A stretch of DNA of 59,154 nt, taken from NCBI GenBank assembly GCA_017650945.1, contig JAGCDW010000015.1, positions 1-59,154 on the forward strand. Reading direction: 5' to 3'. The translations under genes and the position numbers were made by a program. Shown here in pieces: positions 49,733 through 57,042 of the stretch (position 1 is the stretch's first letter; each line of letters opens with the position of its first letter). The DNA is from Alphaproteobacteria bacterium (lineage in GTDB: Bacteria > Pseudomonadota > Alphaproteobacteria > Rs-D84). Under the pieces are notes generated by a model. The model was given only the letters and a program-made list of their open reading frames with translations. It made no database searches and was not told the origin of the DNA.

Positions 49733-49793
49733 TATCAATCTCCACACCTATTTCCAATAATTCGGCTCGAGAACCGCACACCGAGCACAACCA
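49733..49793 (+). repeat. 61-bp direct repeat, copy B
   Basis: TATCAATCTC...AATTCGGCTCGAGAACCGCACACCGAGCACAACCA. Confidence 0.75.
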
Positions 49794-49926
49794 CGAATTT
49801 TCTAAAAATATCGCATGTATCACCCACAAATTTTTCATTTATGGGACTTGATTGGCGATATTTTTATTTAGAAAATTCAGTGCCGCGCCGTAGTCCAAAG
49901 GACGAAGGCTGGACTTACACTACCCA

Positions 49927-51006
49927 CTAATTATTAAACAAGAAATGGCAAATGTCGCCTTCTTGCATAACATAGTCACGACCCACAAGGCGCATTTTAC
50001 CGGCCTCTTTCACCGCGACTTCACCACCAAGCGCGATATAATCCGCCGGTGAAATAATTTCCGCACGAATAAAACCCCGTTCAAAATCAGTATGAATTTT
50101 ACCGGCGGCCTGGGGCGCGGTCATACCACGGGTTATTGTCCACGCATGCGCTTCCTTGGGCCCCACGGTATAAAAAGTCTGCAGTCCCAATGTTTCATAT
50201 CCGGTTTTTATCACCTGCTCTAACCCCGATTGTTTAAGGCCCAAATCATCCAAGAACATTTTACGTTCGTCGGGGTCCACAATCTGCGCAATTTCCATTT
50301 CTATCTTGCCAGATATAACCAGAACCGGATTTTTTGCGCCAAACTTTTGCTTTACCGCATCTGAAAATTTATTTCCACTTGCCGCAGCGGCCTCTTCAAC
50401 ATTACACACATAAATCACGGGTTTTGATGTCAGTAAATTAAAAGGTTTACTATCAACATCCACATCGCGCGCCGGCACAGATTTTTCCAAATTTTCTTTT
50501 ATAATATTTGCATCGGCCAATAACTTTATCGCGCTTTTATCAAGACCGTGCGCCTTTTTTTCAAGATTTTTTATTTGCTTGTTCAAACTTTCCAAATCCG
50601 CCAGCATAAGTTCAGTTTCAATCGTATCAATATCGGCAATCGGGTCAATTCGCCCATCAACATGCACAATATCATCATTTTCAAAGCACCGTACAACATG
50701 GATAATTGCGTCAGTTTCCAATATATTACCTAAAAATTTATTTCCCAGTCCTTCGCCAGTTGATGCCCCGCGCACCAGGCCCGCAATATCAACGATTTCA
50801 AGTTGAGTTGGAATAATCTTGGCCGAATTATCAACCGCCGCCAATTTATGTAGTGTTTCGTCCGGCACAACCACACGGCCAGTATTTGGTTCAATTGTGC
50901 AAAAAGGGTAATTTTGCGCATCCGCCGCGGCACTTTGCGTCAGTGCATTAAACAAGGTTGATTTTCCCACATTTGGCAATCCAACAATTCCACAATTGAA
51001 ACCCAT
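49927..51006 (-). CDS. ychF: redox-regulated ATPase YchF
   Basis: GIVGLPNVGKSTLFNA, DIAGLV, the NV..-type G4 motif and a C-terminal TGS-like domain ..DGDIxxF. Confidence 0.95.
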   Translation of the reverse strand: MGFNCGIVGLPNVGKSTLFNALTQSAAADAQNYPFCTIEPNTGRVVVPDETLHKLAAVDNSAKIIPTQLEIVDIAGLVRGASTGEGLGNKFLGNILETDAIIHVVRCFENDDIVHVDGRIDPIADIDTIETELMLADLESLNKQIKNLEKKAHGLDKSAIKLLADANIIKENLEKSVPARDVDVDSKPFNLLTSKPVIYVCNVEEAAAASGNKFSDAVKQKFGAKNPVLVISGKIEMEIAQIVDPDERKMFLDDLGLKQSGLEQVIKTGYETLGLQTFYTVGPKEAHAWTITRGMTAPQAAGKIHTDFERGFIRAEIISPADYIALGGEVAVKEAGKMRLVGRDYVMQEGDICHFLFNN

Positions 51007-51036
51007 AACAAAATCCTTTATAATATATATGTAAAT

Positions 51037-51723
51037 ATGTCATACATGTGGAACAAATTCAATATAAAAACCTTTCCGTCCGAAACATTGGTTTACGTTG
51101 ACGGTGTTTTTAGGTCTGATTTATCGACACTTAGCGAAACAGAAATTTTTTCAAAGAAATACGATTTACCTGTGCATATTATATGTGTCGGCAAAATAGA
51201 ACGCGAAATAACACTAAATATAAACATAACTGCGGAAAATCAGTCGTTTTTTTTGACTGTTGATTTAGAAAATAATTTTCCGGGTTTTTTGAATATTTTT
51301 ATCAAAAATGCCGGGAAAAATTCTGAACTTCGCGGACATATAATGGTTAAAAATTACTCTGATTTCGCCGGAAAAATAATTGCTGAACATACCGCACCCG
51401 ATACCGGTATTTTGATTCAAACTAAAATAATTGGGCATAAAAACAGTTATTCTTGTATGTCGGCGGTGGCGATCATAAATAAAAATTGCCCTAATACGAA
51501 ATCAGATATCCGTCTTGCTGGTCATACAACAGATAATAGTGCGAAAATAAAATTCAACCCGGCCCAGCGCATAAAATCCGTTCCAGACTTTGCCGAACAC
51601 AGTGCATATATGATGCATGCGACAGGGACCCAAGAAAACTACCTGCGCACTGCCGGCCTATCTGGGGCTGAGGTAAAAGAAGCTATAACCGAGGCTTTTA
51701 CAAAAGATTTTAACCTGTTTTAA
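51037..51723 (+). CDS. degenerate SufB/SufD-family protein (tentative)
   Basis: C-terminal ..AEHSAYMMHATGTQENYLRTAGLSGAEVKEAITEAF parallels the SufB/D motif C.H.ATvg.ld.eqlFYL.sRGl...A..l...aF. Confidence 0.45.
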   Translation: MSYMWNKFNIKTFPSETLVYVDGVFRSDLSTLSETEIFSKKYDLPVHIICVGKIEREITLNINITAENQSFFLTVDLENNFPGFLNIFIKNAGKNSELRGHIMVKNYSDFAGKIIAEHTAPDTGILIQTKIIGHKNSYSCMSAVAIINKNCPNTKSDIRLAGHTTDNSAKIKFNPAQRIKSVPDFAEHSAYMMHATGTQENYLRTAGLSGAEVKEAITEAFTKDFNLF

Positions 51724-51785
51724 CCAAAATAAAATCGGCATTCCTGAAACCACAGAAACGCCGAAAAATAGCATAAAACAATGGA

Positions 51786-51920
51786 TTATTTACGTTTAAA
51801 ACCCTGTTTTGCCTTAAACTTTGGGTTATCAGGATCCATCAAAATAACCTGTTTACCACGGCGAACTTGTTTAATGTTTCCGCGTTTTTTCCATGCTTTC
51901 AAAGAACTCAAAAACTTCAT
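51786..51920 (-). CDS. rpmJ: 50S ribosomal protein L36 (Cys-less YkgO/alphaproteobacterial type)
   Basis: Below the ORF-track size cutoff. Reverse translation gives MKFLSSLKAWKKRGNIKQVRRGKQVILMDPDNPKFKAKQGFKRK*, which matches the MK..SLK....R......RRKGR.yvi.k.NPrfKarQG pattern. Confidence 0.8.
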   Translation of the reverse strand: MKFLSSLKAWKKRGNIKQVRRGKQVILMDPDNPKFKAKQGFKRK

Positions 51921-52003
51921 ATCTAATCCTTTTTGCGTGGATATTATAAACGGTTTTTCACAAAAATCAAATTATATTTAATTTTGTTGTTGTTATTTAC
52001 CCT

Positions 52004-52199
52004 GTTGAAAATATGGAAAAGTCGTTTTAAACAAAGTTTTTAACATTTTTTTGGGCTTTTTCCGGTATGTTCAGCAAATTTGTGGAAAAAACATACTTGT
52101 GGAAAACGCGTTAAAAAAAACATAAGTTTTCAACAATTTCAACAATTTTAGATTTTTATTTTTTATGCTTGTTGAAAAATATGGAAATTGTTATAATAA
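52004..52199 (+). promoter_or_regulatory. repeat-rich control region upstream of virB3
   Basis: A 19-nt direct repeat: CTGTTGAAAATATGGAAAA (52004..52022) and TTGTTGAAAAATATGGAAA (52171..52189). Two TGTGGAAAA boxes at 52083..52091 and 52100..52108. Two inverted TTTCAACAA copies at 52130..52147. Extended -10 TGTTATAAT at 52191..52199. Confidence 0.55.
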
Positions 52200-52229
52200 A
52201 AACATCCATAGGGGGGAAATCGACATAAA

Positions 52230-52532
52230 ATGAAGCAACAAGTGCTAAAAGCTTTGGCGAATCCGTCGCATTTATTCTATGTGCCATATACTTTGGCGGT
52301 GTTGAATTTTATGATTCAGTTCATTATTTTTATCATTTTATATACAATCGGTATGTTTATTTTCCCGGATAAAGTAAATGATTATTTAAATCCGCTATTT
52401 TTTATAATATCTGTGTGTATTGTCCATATGATTTTAGCCCATTATTCGCGGCGCGACCCGCAACTTGGACAAATTTTGATTGCTAAAATCAGAATGATAA
52501 GAAATAAAATTCCACGGAGACTTGCGGCATGA
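52230..52532 (+). CDS. virB3: type IV secretion protein VirB3
   Basis: 100 aa with two TM helices. Its N-terminus ..LKALANPSHLFYVPY.. resembles the VirB3 L.rP....GVP motif. Overlaps virB4 (ATGA). Confidence 0.65.
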   Translation: MKQQVLKALANPSHLFYVPYTLAVLNFMIQFIIFIILYTIGMFIFPDKVNDYLNPLFFIISVCIVHMILAHYSRRDPQLGQILIAKIRMIRNKIPRRLAA

Positions 52533-54946
52533 TACCTGAATTTTTCAAATATTTTGCCGGTAATGGGTTTTCTAATACTATAACACTAACTGTTATGGCA
52601 ATCGCGGTTATATTTGTGTTTTTAGTATTATTGATGTATATTCCAACTATTGTAAAACATGTTTTTCCAAAGTTTGGTTATAAACATTACTCTGAATATA
52701 TACCTTTTACAACTGTTTATACCGATAATTCAATTGAACTAAGTGATGGTTGTTTAATTCGTGTTTATTCAATCGCTGGTGTGCAAACCAGTATGCAAAC
52801 AGACGAGCAACGTGAAAAATTTCTTGACCTGCGTGCGCAGTTATTCAACCAAATCCACGACCCAAATATTGTGCTGCGATTTTTTACAACGCGTGACGCG
52901 GTTGCAGAAAATACGGACTATGAATTCGACCAACCTGTATTACAGAAAATTTACGACAAATGGCATTCCCAAGGGTTAAAGATATTTTTAAATAATTATT
53001 ATATTGTACTTTCTGTTCGTGGTGCGCATGCGCGTGATAAACTAAATCAGTATGGAAATTATATTGAATCGATACTTGCGCCATATAAACCAAAAATGCT
53101 TGAAAACAAATCTCGGGATAATATGGCAAAGTTTTTTGGTCGTATCTTATCACCGATTACAAAGCCAACGCCGGCGGTGTGTGATGATAAAATCACTGAA
53201 AACGCAACAGTTGATGATGTGGAATTTTTATCAAACGGAACAGTTAAATATATAAGTGGTAATTATGAATACTATGCGGCACTTTTATCTTTCCGTGCAG
53301 CACCAGATTATTTGGACGAAGATTTTTTTGATTCTGTGAATACGATTCAAACTGAAATGATTTGTATGAACGGATTCAAAATAATGAATTCCGCAGATGT
53401 AGAGGCGGTAATGCGCCAACGCCGCAGTGTTGCAAACAAAGAAAATGATTCAACCGAAGAACAAATATCAAGTGCGGAATCGGTCATGGATGAAAATGTT
53501 TCCGGAAACCAAACTCTTGTAAATTATTATCCGCTGTTTATGATATTTGCGAAAAGCGAAGCGGAATTAAAAGAACATGTTGATGAATTCAAAAAGATTT
53601 CTGCATCATTTGGCGTATCGCCAATCCAAGAAAGTTTCGCGACCAAGGTTTCATGGTTTTCAATAATACCTGGGTTTGATACATTCCCGCGGACTTTCAA
53701 AATGTTGTCGCGTGCGGCGGCAATCAGTGTTCCAATGTCGTCCGCACCACGCGGTATATCAAATTCTGATTGGGGTCCGGGGCCACTTGTTATATTCCCA
53801 ACGGCACAAGGCACACCGTATCAGTTTCAATTTCATGTGTCGGATAAACCGGCGGCGGTTGGACATACACTTACAATCGGTCCGACCGGTGGTGGTAAAA
53901 CAACATTGTTCTCGTTCCTTATTGCACAGTCAATGCGACATCAGAAATTAAAGGCATTTTTCTTTGATCGGAATAAAGGCGCAGAAATCTTTACACTTGC
54001 GACCGGTGGAAAATATATAACGATGCAAGGCAAAGAAAAAAATGAAACAAATTTCCTTGCACATCTGAACCCACTAAAAATGTCGGATACTGCGGCAAAC
54101 CGTGGATTTTTGCGGCGGTGGTTGGCGATGATTTCCGAACAATCTGACCCACTTTCCGAAGATGAAATTGCGCGCGCGGTTTCGGTGAATTTTGATTACT
54201 TGGTTGATAAAGACAGAATGTTGAAAAATTTATGGGAAAGTTGTTTTTCATCGTCCGGCAAAATGCGCGCCGCATTAAAGAAATGGGTTGACCCATTACA
54301 ATACGGCGACATATTTAATGAAGAAACGGATACGCTCGATTTGCAATCTCGTTTGACCACTTTTGATTTTACCGAAATTTTACAAGACCCCGTCCTTGCG
54401 CCCGCGGTGATATCATATATATTGCATAGGATAAATAACACAACTGTATCCGGCGGAAATCCTTCACTTATTATGATTGACGAAACAGCGCCTATGCTGG
54501 AAAATAAAATGTTTAGGGATAATTTTATCGCCGGTCTCCAAGAAGGACGCAAAAATCGCCAGGCATATATGGTCGCATTTCAACGCGCAAATGTTTTGGA
54601 TAAACTTGGAATTGGCGATGTTGTCCGTGGCCAGGCGCAAACGATTATGTTCTTCCGCAATCCGGCGGCGGATGCGGCGGACTATGAACATTGGAATTTG
54701 AATCCACTGGAAATGGCGTTCATCCAAGGCAAGGCCTACCCTAACCTAAAACGTGCGGTTTTATTGTCGCGCCCGGTCAATAATGAATCAGTGATTTTGA
54801 ATACTGAACTTGGGGGACTCGGCAGTTTACTAAAATTATTCGAATCAGGTCGTTCATCGGTTTTACTCGCCGAGGAACTTTATCGCCAATACGGTTCGGC
54901 GTTTGTTGCGGAATATTTAAAAAAACAAGGTGCAGGCGATATATAA
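52529..54946 (+). CDS. virB4: type IV secretion ATPase VirB4
   Basis: 805 aa. Walker A GPTGGGKTT, Walker B LIMIDETAPML, and a typical ..FFRNP.. C-terminal region. Confidence 0.9.
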   Translation: MIPEFFKYFAGNGFSNTITLTVMAIAVIFVFLVLLMYIPTIVKHVFPKFGYKHYSEYIPFTTVYTDNSIELSDGCLIRVYSIAGVQTSMQTDEQREKFLDLRAQLFNQIHDPNIVLRFFTTRDAVAENTDYEFDQPVLQKIYDKWHSQGLKIFLNNYYIVLSVRGAHARDKLNQYGNYIESILAPYKPKMLENKSRDNMAKFFGRILSPITKPTPAVCDDKITENATVDDVEFLSNGTVKYISGNYEYYAALLSFRAAPDYLDEDFFDSVNTIQTEMICMNGFKIMNSADVEAVMRQRRSVANKENDSTEEQISSAESVMDENVSGNQTLVNYYPLFMIFAKSEAELKEHVDEFKKISASFGVSPIQESFATKVSWFSIIPGFDTFPRTFKMLSRAAAISVPMSSAPRGISNSDWGPGPLVIFPTAQGTPYQFQFHVSDKPAAVGHTLTIGPTGGGKTTLFSFLIAQSMRHQKLKAFFFDRNKGAEIFTLATGGKYITMQGKEKNETNFLAHLNPLKMSDTAANRGFLRRWLAMISEQSDPLSEDEIARAVSVNFDYLVDKDRMLKNLWESCFSSSGKMRAALKKWVDPLQYGDIFNEETDTLDLQSRLTTFDFTEILQDPVLAPAVISYILHRINNTTVSGGNPSLIMIDETAPMLENKMFRDNFIAGLQEGRKNRQAYMVAFQRANVLDKLGIGDVVRGQAQTIMFFRNPAADAADYEHWNLNPLEMAFIQGKAYPNLKRAVLLSRPVNNESVILNTELGGLGSLLKLFESGRSSVLLAEELYRQYGSAFVAEYLKKQGAGDI

Positions 54947-54947
54947 T

Positions 54948-55580
54948 ATGTTAAAAAAAATTTTATTTTTTATTCTATTGCCTTTTGCAGTGTTCGCTGA
55001 TGATTGTGTGCAGTATAAAAAAACACCTTTTGTAAATATTAAAAATCCAGAATGGACGAAAACTGTTGAATTGTCCGATGACCCAATGGATGAATACAAT
55101 GGAAAATATTTTTCTTTCAAATTGCATGGAACAACCGAAACAAGTTTTATGGAAAAATATAATATCGATTTTAATGTTATTCCCGAACGCGATGGATACT
55201 GTGTGATTGTAAATGGTGTTGATGCAACCGTTGGTTATGAAAATTTTTTGGTTAAAATTGATAAATCGCATAAAAAAAATTCTTGTTCATATAACGCTGT
55301 TTTGAAACACGAAGAAAAACATATAGATGCATATTTATCGATATTAAATGATATGGAACCCGATATAAAAAACTCAGTTTTTAACGCGATGAATTCGATA
55401 ATGCCAATATACGCGCCCGACATAGAAAGCATAGATTTATTACTTGAAGACATGTATAAAAAACTTGAAAATCATCCTGAACTTGTTTTGCTTCATCAAA
55501 AAATAAATGCGGCCCAAGAAATTCGTAACAAACATATCGACCAAGACGAAAATAATTACGAATTAAAGCAATGTGAATAA
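54948..55580 (+). CDS. secreted protein with HExxH motif (possible DUF922-like zincin)
   Basis: Signal peptide MLKKILFFILLPFAVFA. HEEKH lies at ..AVLKHEEKHIDAY... Confidence 0.45.
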   Translation: MLKKILFFILLPFAVFADDCVQYKKTPFVNIKNPEWTKTVELSDDPMDEYNGKYFSFKLHGTTETSFMEKYNIDFNVIPERDGYCVIVNGVDATVGYENFLVKIDKSHKKNSCSYNAVLKHEEKHIDAYLSILNDMEPDIKNSVFNAMNSIMPIYAPDIESIDLLLEDMYKKLENHPELVLLHQKINAAQEIRNKHIDQDENNYELKQCE

Positions 55581-55589
55581 ATTGTAAAA

Positions 55590-55615
55590 AAAAATCGCCC
55601 TTTGGCGATTTTTTA
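55590..55615. terminator. bidirectional intrinsic terminator
   Basis: AAAAAATCGCC-CTTT-GGCGATTTTTT lies between convergent genes. Confidence 0.7.
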
Positions 55616-55629
55616 TTTAATAGTTATTC

Positions 55630-56583
55630 CTAAGAACATATATGGTTTGCTGTGTTACAGGTTTGACCACTACTGGGGCAATCCGATTCTATGCTGCATC
55701 CGCACTCAGCGGTGCCGCTTTGAAAAACACCACTACAGCAAACCGATGCAGAAGGGGGCTTGCCTGCCACAACCACTCCATACGCCCCACAACTCGGTGC
55801 GGGGGCTTGTGGTTCTTCCAAACTATACAACCAACAATAATTATCATCGTTCGCATGTCCATCAACATACCCCGCACAGGTAAGTTTTTCTTGTTTCGTT
55901 TCCACAAATCCCGCGGTCGCAAGTTTACCCGAATCGGTTGATGAATTGTATGTTGTGGAACCATTATACACACCAACCGAACCAACCGAACCCGCGGTGC
56001 CGGTATATGTAACAACATTACCCGATGTTCCCGCGGCAATAATGTTTTGTTTTAACGCAAGTCCCTGTGCCAATGATGAACCGGTTATGTATCTATCGTA
56101 ATCGCCGGACGGCCACATTCCTTTATTACCGAAATCCGTATCATATGCATTAACAGCACTGGTCTCTGTTGATGTCCAGGAAAGTGTGTTGTTAAGGCTG
56201 GTCCATATGCTACTTAATTCATTTGCCACGACACGAACCGTTGGAACAACGTTATCATAAGTTGCGGCGGTATAATGGGACAGATTAGGATTGGGCATGT
56301 TACTCACTGTCCCGTGATCCACGACACCAACCGTATTACCATTCAATGCGGTGCCGGCAGAATTAGTTAAAACCAATGCTGGAACATATGCAGTAATTCC
56401 TTCTTTTGGGTTTTCATAAAACAACACCTTGTCTGTGGTGATTTTATCTTGTTTTGTGGTATCGACATAGTATTTGGATGTAACGGTTTTCTGGTCCAAT
56501 AGTTCCTGGGCCGTTGGGTCCGCAAACGCCGGCATTGCAACCACCGCCGCGATTATTGATGTTGTTATCAATGTTTTTCTCAT
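55630..56583 (-). CDS. secreted surface-type protein with Cys-rich C-terminus
   Basis: SD is AAGGAGG. Signal peptide MRKTLITTSIIAAVVAMPAFA. The body is Thr/Ser/Gly-rich and the C-terminus reads ..SCGAYG..SVCCSGVF..AECGCS..DCPSSGQTCNTANHICS. Confidence 0.65.
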   Translation of the reverse strand: MRKTLITTSIIAAVVAMPAFADPTAQELLDQKTVTSKYYVDTTKQDKITTDKVLFYENPKEGITAYVPALVLTNSAGTALNGNTVGVVDHGTVSNMPNPNLSHYTAATYDNVVPTVRVVANELSSIWTSLNNTLSWTSTETSAVNAYDTDFGNKGMWPSGDYDRYITGSSLAQGLALKQNIIAAGTSGNVVTYTGTAGSVGSVGVYNGSTTYNSSTDSGKLATAGFVETKQEKLTCAGYVDGHANDDNYCWLYSLEEPQAPAPSCGAYGVVVAGKPPSASVCCSGVFQSGTAECGCSIESDCPSSGQTCNTANHICS

Positions 56584-56614
56584 AAAAATCCTCCTTTCGT
56601 TTTTTTATAAACAC

Positions 56615-56791
56615 CAAAAAACCACCGAAATTCTTTCATGTGGTTGGAGGTTCAGAACTATAATGTGTTGAATAGTGGGCTTATTCTATATATTCACCGC
56701 CCTCCAACCACACCGGGCTGGAGGTGTTTTATGTCCCCACGGACAAACACATTCAAGGGTTCTGACACCCCATCGATGGAATTCCCATCGA
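56615..56791 (-). promoter_or_regulatory. structured 5' leader RNA, copy B (candidate riboswitch/attenuator)
   Basis: The sense strand aligns with 19358..19540. Shared blocks are GGGGTGTCA, GGTTGGAGGG..GTGAATATAT.GAATAA and GAACCTCCAACCAC. All three hairpins and the terminator (AACCAC..GTGGTT plus TTTTTT) are conserved with compensatory changes. Confidence 0.65.
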
Positions 56792-56834
56792 CACAGGTAT
56801 AATATCACAAAACCCAAATTGTTACAATAGAAAT

Positions 56835-56867
56835 ATTAGTAGAAAGTATTAGTGGTTAGTATAAGTG
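56835..56867 (+). repeat. GTTAGTGTAAGTG-family dispersed repeat, copy f
   Basis: ATTAGTAGAAAGTATTAGTGGTTAGTATAAGTG, 3 nt upstream of MITE copy 3. Confidence 0.6.
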
Positions 56868-56870
56868 CGA

Positions 56871-57006
56871 CGTCATCCCGGCGAAGGCCGGGATCCAGTG
56901 TGAGCGGCAACGAACACCTGCGTCGCAGACAATTTTATTATCACTGCGGGACAGTCAACCTTCGCCAAGGCTTCGGTTGATGGATCCCGCGCTTCTGCGG
57001 GATGAC
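56871..57006 (+). mobile_element. hairpin-ended miniature repeat (MITE-like), copy 3
   Basis: Starts CGTCATCCCGGCGAAGGCCGGGATCCAGTG and ends GGATCCCGCGCTTCTGCGGGATGAC. These are terminal inverted repeats, and each is itself a hairpin. Confidence 0.75.
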
Positions 57007-57009
57007 ATT

Positions 57010-57042
57010 ATTAACACTAACCGCTATAGACTTACACTAACA
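57010..57042 (-). repeat. GTTAGTGTAAGTG-family dispersed repeat, copy g
   Basis: Minus strand reads TGTTAGTGTAAGTCTATAGCGGTTAGTGTTAAT. It contains the dnaG TAA stop (57032..57034). Confidence 0.65.

Noticed and set aside
51781-51981. 66-aa plus-strand ORF
   Set aside because: The opposite strand encodes a textbook Cys-less ribosomal protein L36 (51786..51920). The plus-strand ORF has no SD and no recognisable features.
51990-52229. Calling this region the chromosomal replication origin outright
   Set aside because: DnaA-box-like motifs are present (see finding). However, there is no adjacent dnaA or other typical oriC neighbour, I cannot compute GC skew here, and gene orientation does not flip cleanly at this point. 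It is kept only as a hypothesis.
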